DNA of 64,000 nucleotides, from the NCBI GenBank assembly GCA_964371445.1, contig CAYJLK010000003.1, positions 1,108 to 65,107 on the forward strand. The letters run 5' to 3'. Of the stretch, positions 9,243 through 18,740 are shown one piece after another; within the stretch, counting starts at the first letter, position 1, and every line of letters starts with the position of its first letter. The notes beneath the pieces are model-generated. The model was not told the origin of the DNA. It made no database searches and worked only from the letters and a program-made list of their open reading frames with translations. A program made the position numbers and the translations under genes. The DNA is from an uncultured Candidatus Saccharibacteria bacterium. Its GTDB lineage: Bacteria; Patescibacteriota; Minisyncoccia; Phycocordibacterales; Phycocordibacteraceae.

Positions 9243-10001
9243 ATGAATGACGATCTGACGCGCGACACGGATACTGCACAACCGCCGATTCACGAACACA
9301 CCGAACGGCTTGCGAAAATAATTCATGAAGGAGGGCGGACTCAGCCGAAAGATCGTCCGCTCCTTGTCTGTAAGCCGCGAAAGATAGAGTCGTGGCGCGT
9401 TTTTAAGATCCTGTCTGAATTTATCGAAGGGTTCGATATTATCCGCCGCTACGGTCTCGCCGTATCCTTCTTCGGCAGTGCGCGCGCTACGCTCGGCGAC
9501 GACTCATATCGGCACGCCGAGGAGCTGGCGAGCCGGCTCTCGAAGAAAGGCTTTGCTGTGGTCACCGGCGGCTCCTCCGGCATTATGCAGGCGGCAAATA
9601 AGGGCGCCTTTGAGGCTGGTGGCGCATCCGTCGGGCTCAATATCAATCTGTCGGAGACGCAGAACTACAACCCGTATCTCACCGAGAAATTCGTCTTCGA
9701 CCATTTCTTCGTGCGGAAAGTGATGCTGACCTATTCTTCTGAAGCCTATGTGTATTTCCCGGGCGGTTTCGGAACACTCGATGAATTATTCGAGATTGTG
9801 ACACTCGTGCAGACCAAGAAGATACGCAAGGTCCCGATCGTCCTCTTCGGAAAGGATTATTGGCAGCCGCTCATCGGCTTTATCGAAAAAACGCTCTACG
9901 AGGATCATGCGGCTATCGATAAGGACGATATGACGCTCTACACGCTTGTCGACTCGGTCGATGAGGCATACGAGTACATCACCGCACACGTTACCTGCTA
10001 G
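9243..10001 (+). CDS. LOG-family protein (Rossmann-fold nucleotide-binding / cytokinin riboside 5'-monophosphate phosphoribohydrolase-like)
   Basis: VTGGSSGIMQAANKGA...YFPGGFGTLDELFEIVTLVQT motifs (PGGxGTxxE). Confidence 0.8.
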   Translation: MNDDLTRDTDTAQPPIHEHTERLAKIIHEGGRTQPKDRPLLVCKPRKIESWRVFKILSEFIEGFDIIRRYGLAVSFFGSARATLGDDSYRHAEELASRLSKKGFAVVTGGSSGIMQAANKGAFEAGGASVGLNINLSETQNYNPYLTEKFVFDHFFVRKVMLTYSSEAYVYFPGGFGTLDELFEIVTLVQTKKIRKVPIVLFGKDYWQPLIGFIEKTLYEDHAAIDKDDMTLYTLVDSVDEAYEYITAHVTC

Positions 10002-10278
10002 CAGGGAACAGGGTAGGGGAAAACTCCTTGTACGACATTCTCCCGTGGTATCCTCTTCCCCATGAGCCAAAAATCTCGCCGCGCTGAACGTCTCCAGCTC
10101 TATGCCTTTTGGACAGGATTAACCAGTACAATTATCAGCCTTTCGCACGTCATCATCATCGCCATTAAGAAATAGGGAATAAAGCAAAGACGCCCGACCG
10201 AGCGTCTTTCTTCGTGGGGGAGCGCGGTGGCTATAGTGCGCACATTATATCTTTTGCGAACAATCGCTCGTCAAAGCT

Positions 10279-10560
10279 TCAGAGATTCTCCAGAACAGAC
10301 ATGAATTCCTCCTCACTTATTCCAAGGTTCTGCCATGCCTTTTTTAGATTGGTATCCCAGATTATTTTCTTTCGTTTGTGCCCAACATGTACAACCCATA
10401 TCTCGCAGGGTTCTTTATCACCTTCTTTCTCAAATAAGCGGAATGCTACCGCCGAACCTCTTTTTGACTCAATTTCGCATTTCCCATAACCCCGAGTTGC
10501 CGCGCAAATACGGACAGCTTTTTCGTACTCTTTAAGACCGTATTTTGTGGGTTTCGGCAT
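10279..10560 (-). CDS. HicA(YcfA)-like toxin-family small protein
   Basis: C-terminal ...KKIIWDTNLKKAWQNLGIS resembles the HicA C-terminus. ATG at 10560 (MPKPTKYG). Overlaps the upstream HicB-like gene by 29 nt and sits in a markedly AT-richer patch. Confidence 0.4.
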   Translation of the reverse strand: MPKPTKYGLKEYEKAVRICAATRGYGKCEIESKRGSAVAFRLFEKEGDKEPCEIWVVHVGHKRKKIIWDTNLKKAWQNLGISEEEFMSVLENL

Positions 10561-10888
10561 GATAATTAAGTTGGTCCACAATGCCTTTTTCCTCTATCGC
10601 ATCATCAACTACCCGGGAAAAGATCTGACGATTTTCGAGGTCATCTTGGACTTTGTTTACAAGATGCACTGGGAACCCAAAATTACGAAGCTCATCTTCG
10701 TAGGCTTCAACAAGTTCTTTGAGATTGTCGAGGGTTTCCTTTTTTGTGTTTCCTTCAACAGTTACGTTGTAGGGGTGCGCGAAGCCCTTCCAGTATCCTT
10801 CCTGGGACTTATAAACCACCAATATCGCCGAAAAATCAACGGTTTTAGCGGTTTTTCTTACTGGTCTAAGAGATAGAGATGTAGCCAT
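10532..10888 (-). CDS. HicB-like antitoxin-family protein
   Basis: FSAILVVYKSQEGYWKGFAHPYNVTVEGNTKKETLDNLKELVEAYEDELR matches the HicB (UPF0150) N-terminal fold pattern; low-GC DNA. Confidence 0.45.
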   Translation of the reverse strand: MATSLSLRPVRKTAKTVDFSAILVVYKSQEGYWKGFAHPYNVTVEGNTKKETLDNLKELVEAYEDELRNFGFPVHLVNKVQDDLENRQIFSRVVDDAIEEKGIVDQLNYHAETHKIRS

Positions 10889-10944
10889 AAGGGTATGCTA
10901 GTACAAGTCCAAGAACAAGGCAAGATTTAGGATTTAACAACTTT

Positions 10945-11139
10945 TTATGATAGCGGACGGATCCAATAGGTGGCCCACGTCCAAGCCTCGGTGAGGACAC
11001 TCAGAAGGTAGGTGAGGTTTGCCTGGCCGACTGGAGAGTTGACAATCGCTTGGATAGAAATGCCGAAGAACGACAACGCTAGGAAGAGGACGAGCGTCCA
11101 GAACACCAGACGGACCATCTCATGGATCATGGTGTGCAT
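10945..11139 (-). CDS. Possible small membrane protein (64 aa)
   Basis: A hydrophobic helix is the only evidence. The longest ORF (to 11241) would overlap the divergent glycosylase start, so it is trimmed to the ATG at 11139. Confidence 0.2.
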   Translation of the reverse strand: MHTMIHEMVRLVFWTLVLFLALSFFGISIQAIVNSPVGQANLTYLLSVLTEAWTWATYWIRPLS

Positions 11140-11163
11140 TATATCAAATGATAGAATCTCGGC

Positions 11164-11778
11164 ATGCCGAGAAAGACTTCTGCACTCAAGCATTTCAAGC
11201 GCGTTGACCCGCAGTTCTACACCGCGACACAGGCATACCACACTTCCCTACCAACGCAACTCCCTGAGAAGAAAACACGCGCACAATTATTTGCATCATT
11301 GGTGCGCATTGTTATTTCTCAACAGCTCGGCACCGCCGCCGCCCGAAGCATTTTCCTGCGCACAAAAGAAGCGTGTAAGGGCCGATTGACTCCGGAGTCG
11401 GTCAGCAGGGCCTCTCCGGCGGCCTTGCGCAAGGCCGGTCTCTCAGGCGCGAAGGTGAAGACGCTGAAAGCGATTGCCCGGGCGGTAAAAAATAATTCGC
11501 TCGATCTTCTTTCATTAAAGAAAATTTCTGAAGCGCAAGCCGCAGAGAAATTAATGGCGATATGGGGTCTCGGTCCCTGGTCGGTCGAGATGTTCTTGAT
11601 GAACTCCCTCGGCCGCACCGACGTCTTCTCACCGGGCGACCTCGGCCTCATCCGTGCGATGGAAGTCATCTATGGTCTGCCGAAAAATGCGCCCCACTCT
11701 TCCCTCTTGGCTATCGCCGAAAAATGGTCGCCCTACCGTTCCTACGCTTCCCTCCTCCTCTGGCGCACGCGAGATTAA
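11164..11778 (+). CDS. HhH-GPD base-excision DNA glycosylase (AlkA / 3-methyladenine glycosylase II-like)
   Basis: Helix-hairpin-helix with Gly/Pro-rich loop and catalytic Asp: LMAIWGLGPWSVEMFLMNSLGRTDVFSPGDLGL. Confidence 0.75.
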   Translation: MPRKTSALKHFKRVDPQFYTATQAYHTSLPTQLPEKKTRAQLFASLVRIVISQQLGTAAARSIFLRTKEACKGRLTPESVSRASPAALRKAGLSGAKVKTLKAIARAVKNNSLDLLSLKKISEAQAAEKLMAIWGLGPWSVEMFLMNSLGRTDVFSPGDLGLIRAMEVIYGLPKNAPHSSLLAIAEKWSPYRSYASLLLWRTRD

Positions 11779-13109
11779 AGATACGACAGCGGGTTTAGGT
11801 AGGCGGTCAAAGTGGCGACCGGCATTTTGGCGTTCGCACAGCCAACCGTTGAGCCGCGGAATTGCTTCAGGGTCATGATTTGTGTCCCTTCGGTTGCATA
11901 CACGCCGAAGTGGATGTGCGGTCCGGTCGCGTAGCCCGTCATGCCGGAAAGGCCGACGAGCTGCTTCGTAGACACCTCCTGCCCTTTTGCCACGTCAATG
12001 GAGGAGAGGTGCGAATAGAGCGTGCTGAGCCCGTTGCCGTGGATAACCATCACCCACTTGCCGAAGGAGTAGCACCCGCGCACCAGATCGGTATTGCCAG
12101 TGTCGAGCACCGTCCCCTCGAGTGACGCATAGACGGGCGTGCCGATGGGCGCCGCGATATCGATGGCGTTATGGCCTTTTCCGTTATACACCTGCGGGTT
12201 CGCGGTCGAGAACGGCGTGTTGCCGAAAAATTGTGTGATGCAAAAGAGATTTCCGAATACGCTCTTACGCTGAGTGCAATTGAACATAAAGGCATTGCTA
12301 AACGGCCACGAGAGCACGCCCGAACCGACTTTCGGCAGAAGACCGGGATGCACGATAAGATTCAATTGGCCCTGCAGATTGAGGAGTTCCTGTTCAAACG
12401 CTTTTTCTGCCGCCTGCTTCTGCGCGATGAGCTTCTGGTAATTCGATTCCTGATTTTTTGTATCGGAGAGCAGTTTTTGTTGTGCTGCCTTGTTTGCGTC
12501 GACCGAACGCTTTTGGAGAGTGAGCTCCTTTTGGAGCGACAGGAGCTGGGCTTTTTTTGCAGAAACTTCGTCGCGATTGGTCGCGAGTTCGGTGCGCACG
12601 GCGCGGAGGTCTGCAATATCGTTCCCTAACGCCCGATTGAACTGCACCGCATGATCGACCGCTTGCCACGCCTCGCCGAGCGTGTCTCCAGAGAGAAGTT
12701 GTGTCACGAGCGATGATCGTTCGTCTTGCGCGATACGGCGAAGCGCTTTTGCGATCGCGTCTTTGTCGTCCGCGATTGACTGCTCCTTGTCGCCGATGGA
12801 GCGAGTAAGCTCTTGTATCTGGAGGTTTGCGGAGGCGATCTTGCTCTGTGTCACCTTTATCTGCGAGGCGAGCTGTTTCTGCGAGAGGGTGAGAGCGCTG
12901 ATCGTCGACTGGAGCGTATTTTTCTTCGCACCAAGCACATCAAGCTCTTTCTGGAACGCGGCAATGTCCGCCTCGAGCGATTTGATCTGCGCGCTGTTCG
13001 CATCGATCTGGGCTTGGATGTCAGCGGCCGACTGCGCCGTAGCCGTCGGCGCAGGCAATAGAAAAGAAATTCCCAGGAGGAGGAAGAAGGTGCAACGAGC
13101 GAGACTCAT
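11775..13109 (-). CDS. M23 family metallopeptidase with N-terminal signal peptide and long coiled-coil (EnvC-like)
   Basis: HxxxD (GHNAIDIAAP) and HxH (GPHIHFG) motifs; coiled-coil N-terminal half. The ATG at 13109 overlaps the gltX stop as ATGA. Confidence 0.85.
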   Translation of the reverse strand: MSLARCTFFLLLGISFLLPAPTATAQSAADIQAQIDANSAQIKSLEADIAAFQKELDVLGAKKNTLQSTISALTLSQKQLASQIKVTQSKIASANLQIQELTRSIGDKEQSIADDKDAIAKALRRIAQDERSSLVTQLLSGDTLGEAWQAVDHAVQFNRALGNDIADLRAVRTELATNRDEVSAKKAQLLSLQKELTLQKRSVDANKAAQQKLLSDTKNQESNYQKLIAQKQAAEKAFEQELLNLQGQLNLIVHPGLLPKVGSGVLSWPFSNAFMFNCTQRKSVFGNLFCITQFFGNTPFSTANPQVYNGKGHNAIDIAAPIGTPVYASLEGTVLDTGNTDLVRGCYSFGKWVMVIHGNGLSTLYSHLSSIDVAKGQEVSTKQLVGLSGMTGYATGPHIHFGVYATEGTQIMTLKQFRGSTVGCANAKMPVATLTAYLNPLSYL

Positions 13110-14455
13110 CCTTCGAGTATAGCAATAGCTTTCTGTACGCGCGAAACCGATTCTTCGGGGCCGAGGATCGCTATAAGCGTGAAGGGGTCGGGCGATCGTT
13201 CCTGTCCGGAAAGTGCGTAGCGCAAGGGCCATAGGACGGCGCCGCGACCCCCCTTCCCTTTTGCTTCTTCGGCGTCCGCTACGGGCATAATGACCTCTTT
13301 CACCGACTCGACAGAAACGCCCTCGGGAAGCGATTTTACGGCCTTACAGAGGGTTTCTAGGGCGGTTTTAGCCACTCCAGGGCGGTCAGGGAGCTCCTTG
13401 GCGAGGAGGCCGTCCAGGCTTGGTGCGGGCGCACTGAACAAGCACTTTAGCTCTCCGTCAAGCATCTCGCGCGCCTCGCCAAACGTACGGGCACGCTCTT
13501 TCAGAAGAGGTACAGCCCTACGGAATTTCTCGTCGCCCATGTTGGACGTACTACGTCCAACATGCAAATGTATGAGGAAATCATCGTCGGAGAGCGCGCG
13601 CATCCAATGTTGATTGACCGAGAGGAGTTTTGTCTCGTCAAATACCGCCCCTCCCTTTTGCACGCGAGACAGGTCAAAGGTCTCGATGAGCTCTTCTCGC
13701 GAGAGATACTCGCGGTCGTCGCCCGGATTCCAACCGAGAAGCGCGAGGTAGTTGAGCATAGCCTCCGGCAGTACGCCCATGTCGCGGTATTCGTACAGAG
13801 GCTTCGCGCCGGTACGGGTCGAAAGCTTTGTTCGGTTCGTATTTAGAAGAAGTGGCACGTGCGCGTAGATGGGGTGCGGGAGGCCGAGTGCCTCTTGTAT
13901 CAGAATATGGCGCGGCGTGTTTGAGATATGGTCTTCGCCGCGTATAACGTGCGTCACCTTCATATCGCCGTCGTCCACGACGACGGCGAAGTGATAGAGC
14001 GGGTCATCGATAGCTCGCGCGATGACGAAGTCGCCAAGCTCGGTCGTGTCAAAGGTAATGTCGCCGCGTATCTCATCGTGGAACGTCAGGTTCGTTTTTG
14101 GGTTGCGCAGGCGCACCACGTCAACCATGACGGCGGGGTCATCTTTTTTAGGTTCATGCGAGAGATAGGCTTTGTCTTCGGCAATCAGTTTTTGCAACAG
14201 TTCTTTGTGGCGTTCCATGCGGTCGCTTGAGCGCGTCGGCGGTTCAGACGGCATGAGGTCAAGCCAGGCGAGCGTGTCGAATATGTTTTGTTCGTATTCG
14301 GGTTTAGAACGCGCCTTGTCGGTATCTTCAATCCGCACGAGTGAAGAACCGTTCGTATGCTTTGCAAATAGATAACAAAAAACGGCAGTACGATAATTAC
14401 CGGCGTGTTTGAGGCCGGTCGGCGACGGCGCGAAACGGGTGATAACGGGACTCAT
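13106..14455 (-). CDS. gltX: Glutamyl-tRNA synthetase
   Basis: RFAPSPTGLKHAGN (HIGH region) and KLSTRTG (KMSKS-type) class I motifs. Confidence 0.9.
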   Translation of the reverse strand: MSPVITRFAPSPTGLKHAGNYRTAVFCYLFAKHTNGSSLVRIEDTDKARSKPEYEQNIFDTLAWLDLMPSEPPTRSSDRMERHKELLQKLIAEDKAYLSHEPKKDDPAVMVDVVRLRNPKTNLTFHDEIRGDITFDTTELGDFVIARAIDDPLYHFAVVVDDGDMKVTHVIRGEDHISNTPRHILIQEALGLPHPIYAHVPLLLNTNRTKLSTRTGAKPLYEYRDMGVLPEAMLNYLALLGWNPGDDREYLSREELIETFDLSRVQKGGAVFDETKLLSVNQHWMRALSDDDFLIHLHVGRSTSNMGDEKFRRAVPLLKERARTFGEAREMLDGELKCLFSAPAPSLDGLLAKELPDRPGVAKTALETLCKAVKSLPEGVSVESVKEVIMPVADAEEAKGKGGRGAVLWPLRYALSGQERSPDPFTLIAILGPEESVSRVQKAIAILEG

Positions 14456-15591
14456 GATTCGTGAGAGAGCGCGAGGTCAAGCACTTGTCGAGCGAGGATG
14501 CGCGCGGCGTCCGGATCGGTAAATCCGGATGCGGACTCCCCCATCTTCTTCCCAAGCGCCGGATCGCCCACGATGCGCCGGATCTCCGAGACGAGGAGAT
14601 GCGGAGTGAGATTCTCTTCTTCGATGACGATCGCCGCGCCAGTGCGCGCGTAGGCGTACGCGTTTGTGCGCTGGTCGTGGCTCACCGACTCGGGAATCGG
14701 GATGATGATCGCCGGCTTCTTCCAGAGTCCGATCTCGGCGATGGAGTTTGCGCCCGCTCGCGAGACCACGATATCCGCAACCGCCGCCGCCCTCTGAAGC
14801 GATATCTCGGAGAGATAGTTGATGGGATGATAGCGGCCCGCCTGTTCGGACTTCCCGAGCACGACCTGCGAGACCGCCTGAACATTTTTGAAATGCGCCG
14901 GACCCGTCTGGTGGATGACGTTGGCAAGCGCGACGAGATCCAGCAACGAGGTGAGCACCACTTCGTTTATCCTTGCCGCGCCCTGCGAACCGCCGATGAT
15001 AAGGACGGTTGGAACATCCTTTTCAAGTCCGAGGTATTGCCGCGCGCCTTCGGCCTCAATGCGCGTGAGCGCCTTGCGGATCGGAATGCCGGTGCGGGCG
15101 ATCTTGCTCTGCGCGTTCTTGGGGAAATAGCTCGCTGCGCTTTCAAACGAGATGGCTATCTTCACCGCAAATTTCGCCGCGAGCAGGTTCGCACGGCCCG
15201 GCTTCGCGTCTGATTCGTGGATGACGATGGGGATGCGCAGGAGGCGCGCGGCAAGCACGGTCGGCACGCTGCCGTACCCTCCCTTGCTCATCACGACGTC
15301 CGGATAGAGGCGGTAGAGCGCGAGAGCCGCTCGCACCGTCCCCGCGAGAGTAACGAACAGGTCGGTGACGTTCCGGAGCGACGAGTAGCGCCGCATCTTC
15401 CCCGCCGGTATGCGGATATAGGCGATGCCGTTTTCAAAAAGCGCGTTCTGGTCGAACGGGTCGGGTGCGAGGTAATAGAGCGTCGGCTCGACGAGATGCT
15501 CTTCGCGGACGATGTCCCGCATGGCTTCGGCGATGGCGATGATGGGATAAAAATGCCCTCCTGAACCGGCTCCGGTAAACACGATAGTCAT
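14452..15591 (-). CDS. murG: Undecaprenyldiphospho-muramoylpentapeptide beta-N-acetylglucosaminyltransferase MurG
   Basis: N-terminal TGAGSGGHFYPIIAIAEA and C-terminal GT28 motifs. Confidence 0.9.
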   Translation of the reverse strand: MTIVFTGAGSGGHFYPIIAIAEAMRDIVREEHLVEPTLYYLAPDPFDQNALFENGIAYIRIPAGKMRRYSSLRNVTDLFVTLAGTVRAALALYRLYPDVVMSKGGYGSVPTVLAARLLRIPIVIHESDAKPGRANLLAAKFAVKIAISFESAASYFPKNAQSKIARTGIPIRKALTRIEAEGARQYLGLEKDVPTVLIIGGSQGAARINEVVLTSLLDLVALANVIHQTGPAHFKNVQAVSQVVLGKSEQAGRYHPINYLSEISLQRAAAVADIVVSRAGANSIAEIGLWKKPAIIIPIPESVSHDQRTNAYAYARTGAAIVIEEENLTPHLLVSEIRRIVGDPALGKKMGESASGFTDPDAARILARQVLDLALSHES

Positions 15592-15610
15592 GCGCGGATT
15601 ATATCAGTTT

Positions 15611-16708
15611 TTAACTCCTTGTATGAGCGGCAACATTCAAGATGAACCCGCACATAAGGAGTACGGAGAAGAGCGCGGTCCCGCCGTGGGAGATGAAGGG
15701 CAAGGGTAATCCGGTAAGCGGGATGATGCCGAGCATCGCGCATATATTGATGAGTGCTTGAAAAATGATGAGGAAGGAGAATCCGAATGCGACAAGCCCG
15801 CCGAACATATCCCGTGAGTTCCCCGCTATCACGATGCCGCGCGCCGCAAGAGCGAGAAAAAGCGCAAGGAGGAGCGCCGCGCCGACGAAACCGGTTTCCT
15901 CGGCGAAGACGGCGAACACCGAGTCTCCGGCGGGTTCCGGCAGATAATTGAACTTTTCCACGCTCTGTCCAAACCCTCTTCCGAAGAGCCCTCCAGAGCC
16001 TATCGCGATGAGGGACTGTTGGATCTGGTATCCGCTCCCCAGAGAATTTTCTGAAGGATTGATAAATGTTTTGACGCGCTCGAGTACGTACGGCCGCATA
16101 GAAACAACGATGAGGAGCGTGATGAGAACGCCAATGCCGAGGATGCCGAAGTCGCGCCAGGGCGCTCCCGCGACGAAGTACATGGCGGCGCCAGTGATGA
16201 TGAGGAGGAGCGTGGTCGAGGTGTTCGGCTGAGCGAGCAGGATCGCCGTGGCCGGAATCAAAAGAGCAATGAACGGCAGCAACCCTTTCTTCGGACTCGA
16301 CAGTTGCCGCGCCCGCGGAGTGAGCCACCACGCAAGCACGAGCACGAACCCGATCTTCAGGAACTCAGCCGGCTGGACGGTCGTTACACCGAGATTGATC
16401 CAGCGCGTGGCTCCTCCGGCATGAAATCCTATGCCCGGGACGAAGACGAGTGCGGTAAAGAGAAGGGCGAGGATATAGAGAAGCGGAGCGAAGCGCCGCA
16501 CATGGGTCAAGGGGAGGGCGCGCGCGACGATGAATGCGAGGAATCCGAATCCGAGACCGAGCCCCGCCTGAAGCAAGATATCTTTTGATACCGAACTGCT
16601 TTCGCGCGCGAGGAGCCCGAGCGCCGCTGAAGAGTAGATAGCGAGACCGGCAAGCGCGATTGAGCACACGAGCATGAAGAACATGCGGTCGCCGGAAACG
16701 AGCTTCAT
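15611..16708 (-). CDS. ftsW: SEDS-family peptidoglycan polymerase FtsW/RodA
   Basis: Ten TM helices with SEDS signature regions. The ATG at 16708 overlaps the mraY stop as ATGA. Confidence 0.85.
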   Translation of the reverse strand: MKLVSGDRMFFMLVCSIALAGLAIYSSAALGLLARESSSVSKDILLQAGLGLGFGFLAFIVARALPLTHVRRFAPLLYILALLFTALVFVPGIGFHAGGATRWINLGVTTVQPAEFLKIGFVLVLAWWLTPRARQLSSPKKGLLPFIALLIPATAILLAQPNTSTTLLLIITGAAMYFVAGAPWRDFGILGIGVLITLLIVVSMRPYVLERVKTFINPSENSLGSGYQIQQSLIAIGSGGLFGRGFGQSVEKFNYLPEPAGDSVFAVFAEETGFVGAALLLALFLALAARGIVIAGNSRDMFGGLVAFGFSFLIIFQALINICAMLGIIPLTGLPLPFISHGGTALFSVLLMCGFILNVAAHTRS

Positions 16709-17787
16709 ACCGGCTTCAGCAGAGCGACCGTCATGCCGACGATGGCGCAGATGATGGAGATGATCCAATACCGCATGGTCACTTTATATGAAGGCCACCC
16801 GATTGCCTCGAAATGATGGTGGAGCGGTGCGATGCGGAACACTTTTTTCCCGCGGAATTTCTTTGAGGCGACTTGAATGATGTTCGAGAGGACAGTGATT
16901 ACGAGCGGGAACGCGATAATAGGAAGTGCCGCGATGCCGTAGCCGTTGCCGGGCGTGTCGGTCATGAAGGCGATGACCGCAAGCGTCATGGTGAGCCCCA
17001 TCGTGCCGGTCTCGGTCATCCAGAACCGCGCCGGCGGAATATTGAACCACAGGAAGGCGAGTATCGCGCCGGTGAGGGTTGCGGAGAAGGCTGCTAGATT
17101 GATCTGATTTTGGAAATAGGCGATGCCGGCATACGCCATGAATGCGGTACTGAAGACGCCTCCAGCGAGCCCATCGATGCCGTCGATAACGCCGCCCGCG
17201 TAGAGCCCGAGCGTGATGACTATGAAGAGCGGAATGATAAGTGCTCCGACGAACAGCGTTCCGTCGCCCGGTATGCCAATCGTGTCGACGCCAAGTTTCA
17301 GGTAGAACCACCAGCCGATAAATCCCGACACGAGCGTAACGAAGATGAGCCGCGTGCGCAGGCGGACACCCCGTTCGCCCGAAGGATGTATATCGAGCAT
17401 GTCATTGACGAATCCCATAAGGGCGCCGGCGAGAAGCGCAAAAAGCGGTATCCATGTCTGGCTGCGGCTGAGGAAGTCGAGCTTCTCGAACAGCGGCACG
17501 GGAATGAATCGCGCGAGGAGCCATGCGCCGAGTGTGACTATCGTGACGCTCGCCCAGATAAGGATGCCGCCCATGCGCGGCGTCGACGTCTCGGTATCGG
17601 TGTGCATAGTCGTGCGGATCTTCTCGAATTCGATCGCCGGCGTGCCGTCGAGTGCGGTCTTCGTCACTACCTTCTTCCACACGCGATACTTATAGAGATA
17701 GTGGGTGAGGAGCGGAGCGAACAGGATACCGACCACGAATGCGCCGGTCGCGGGAATGAATACCTTGATGATATTTGAAGTAATCAT
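16705..17787 (-). CDS. mraY: Phospho-N-acetylmuramoyl-pentapeptide transferase MraY
   Basis: Polytopic membrane protein with MraY conserved D/H motifs (APLHHHFE). Confidence 0.9.
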   Translation of the reverse strand: MITSNIIKVFIPATGAFVVGILFAPLLTHYLYKYRVWKKVVTKTALDGTPAIEFEKIRTTMHTDTETSTPRMGGILIWASVTIVTLGAWLLARFIPVPLFEKLDFLSRSQTWIPLFALLAGALMGFVNDMLDIHPSGERGVRLRTRLIFVTLVSGFIGWWFYLKLGVDTIGIPGDGTLFVGALIIPLFIVITLGLYAGGVIDGIDGLAGGVFSTAFMAYAGIAYFQNQINLAAFSATLTGAILAFLWFNIPPARFWMTETGTMGLTMTLAVIAFMTDTPGNGYGIAALPIIAFPLVITVLSNIIQVASKKFRGKKVFRIAPLHHHFEAIGWPSYKVTMRYWIISIICAIVGMTVALLKPV

Positions 17788-18737
17788 GGCGAAGAGAGCG
17801 AGGCGACGCCTGCAAAGTGCGCGAGTGTCGCGGATATGAGTGCCGAGCCGTCGCTGAAGCGGCCTGTCTTGGAGGAACCGAGAACGACGACCGCGATCGG
17901 GTGCTGTATGCCGCTATCGAATACCAGGACGAGATTGCCTCCGGCAAGATCGGTAAACCCGGTCTTTGAGAGAAGGAGGCGCGGGATGACACCCACCATC
18001 GGATCGGTATTTTTCACATTGAAAACGGTCCCGCCCGCCGACGTAGCCTGCGCGGACTCTCTCGTCGTAGCCGCCGCAACTGCCGGAGCCTGTTCGACAA
18101 GGGCGCCCGCGAGGCGGGCAAGGTCTCGGGCGGATCCGTATCCGCCCGAGATCGTGGCGCTCACATCAAGACCGCTCCCGTTGACCGCATAGGTCTGCGA
18201 GAGGTCGAGCGCCGCCGCCGCTCCCGCAAGCGCCTCGTTCTGGGTACTGTTCTGCCGCGCGGCGGTCGCGGAAGCGATCGCGGCGGCGCCGTCGTTGAGC
18301 GAGGCGGTGAGCGTGAGGCGTGCGAGGTCAGAGAGTGAAAAGGTTTGTCCTTCGTTGAAGGCGCGCGGCGCGTCAACGCGGAGCGCTTCCGCGGGGATGG
18401 TGATTGGCGTGTCCGACGGTAATTTCGAAAATGCCGCATAGACCGTGAGCAGTTTTGTAAGCGATGCGAGCGGGAGTTGTGCATCGGCGTTTTTGTCATA
18501 CAAGATTTCACCGGTCGCGAGGTCGTATACGATGGCCGCCCGTGCCGCAAGCGGGATCCCCGCAAAGGCGTCCGGTGCGGGAGAAGTCTCCGCGATGAGT
18601 ATCGCGGGCGGTTGTTTCGGTCCGAAGGGGACATACAGAGATACGGCGAGGACGAGAGACGCGATGATGAGTGCATACCCGCTCTCGCGCATGGAGCGAG
18701 TGCGTTCGGCGAGTTTCTGAAGATCAGCGGAATCCAT
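17784..18737 (-). CDS. D-alanyl-D-alanine carboxypeptidase (peptidase S11, PBP5-like)
   Basis: SxxK (ASLTK), SxN (SLND) and KTG motifs; signal/anchor. Confidence 0.8.
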   Translation of the reverse strand: MDSADLQKLAERTRSMRESGYALIIASLVLAVSLYVPFGPKQPPAILIAETSPAPDAFAGIPLAARAAIVYDLATGEILYDKNADAQLPLASLTKLLTVYAAFSKLPSDTPITIPAEALRVDAPRAFNEGQTFSLSDLARLTLTASLNDGAAAIASATAARQNSTQNEALAGAAAALDLSQTYAVNGSGLDVSATISGGYGSARDLARLAGALVEQAPAVAAATTRESAQATSAGGTVFNVKNTDPMVGVIPRLLLSKTGFTDLAGGNLVLVFDSGIQHPIAVVVLGSSKTGRFSDGSALISATLAHFAGVASLSSP

Positions 18738-18740
18738 GGT

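Noticed and set aside
9786-10070. 94-aa minus-strand ORF overlapping the 3' end of the LOG gene.
   Set aside because: Antisense overlap, no motifs; a plus-strand micro-ORF plus terminator explains the region better.
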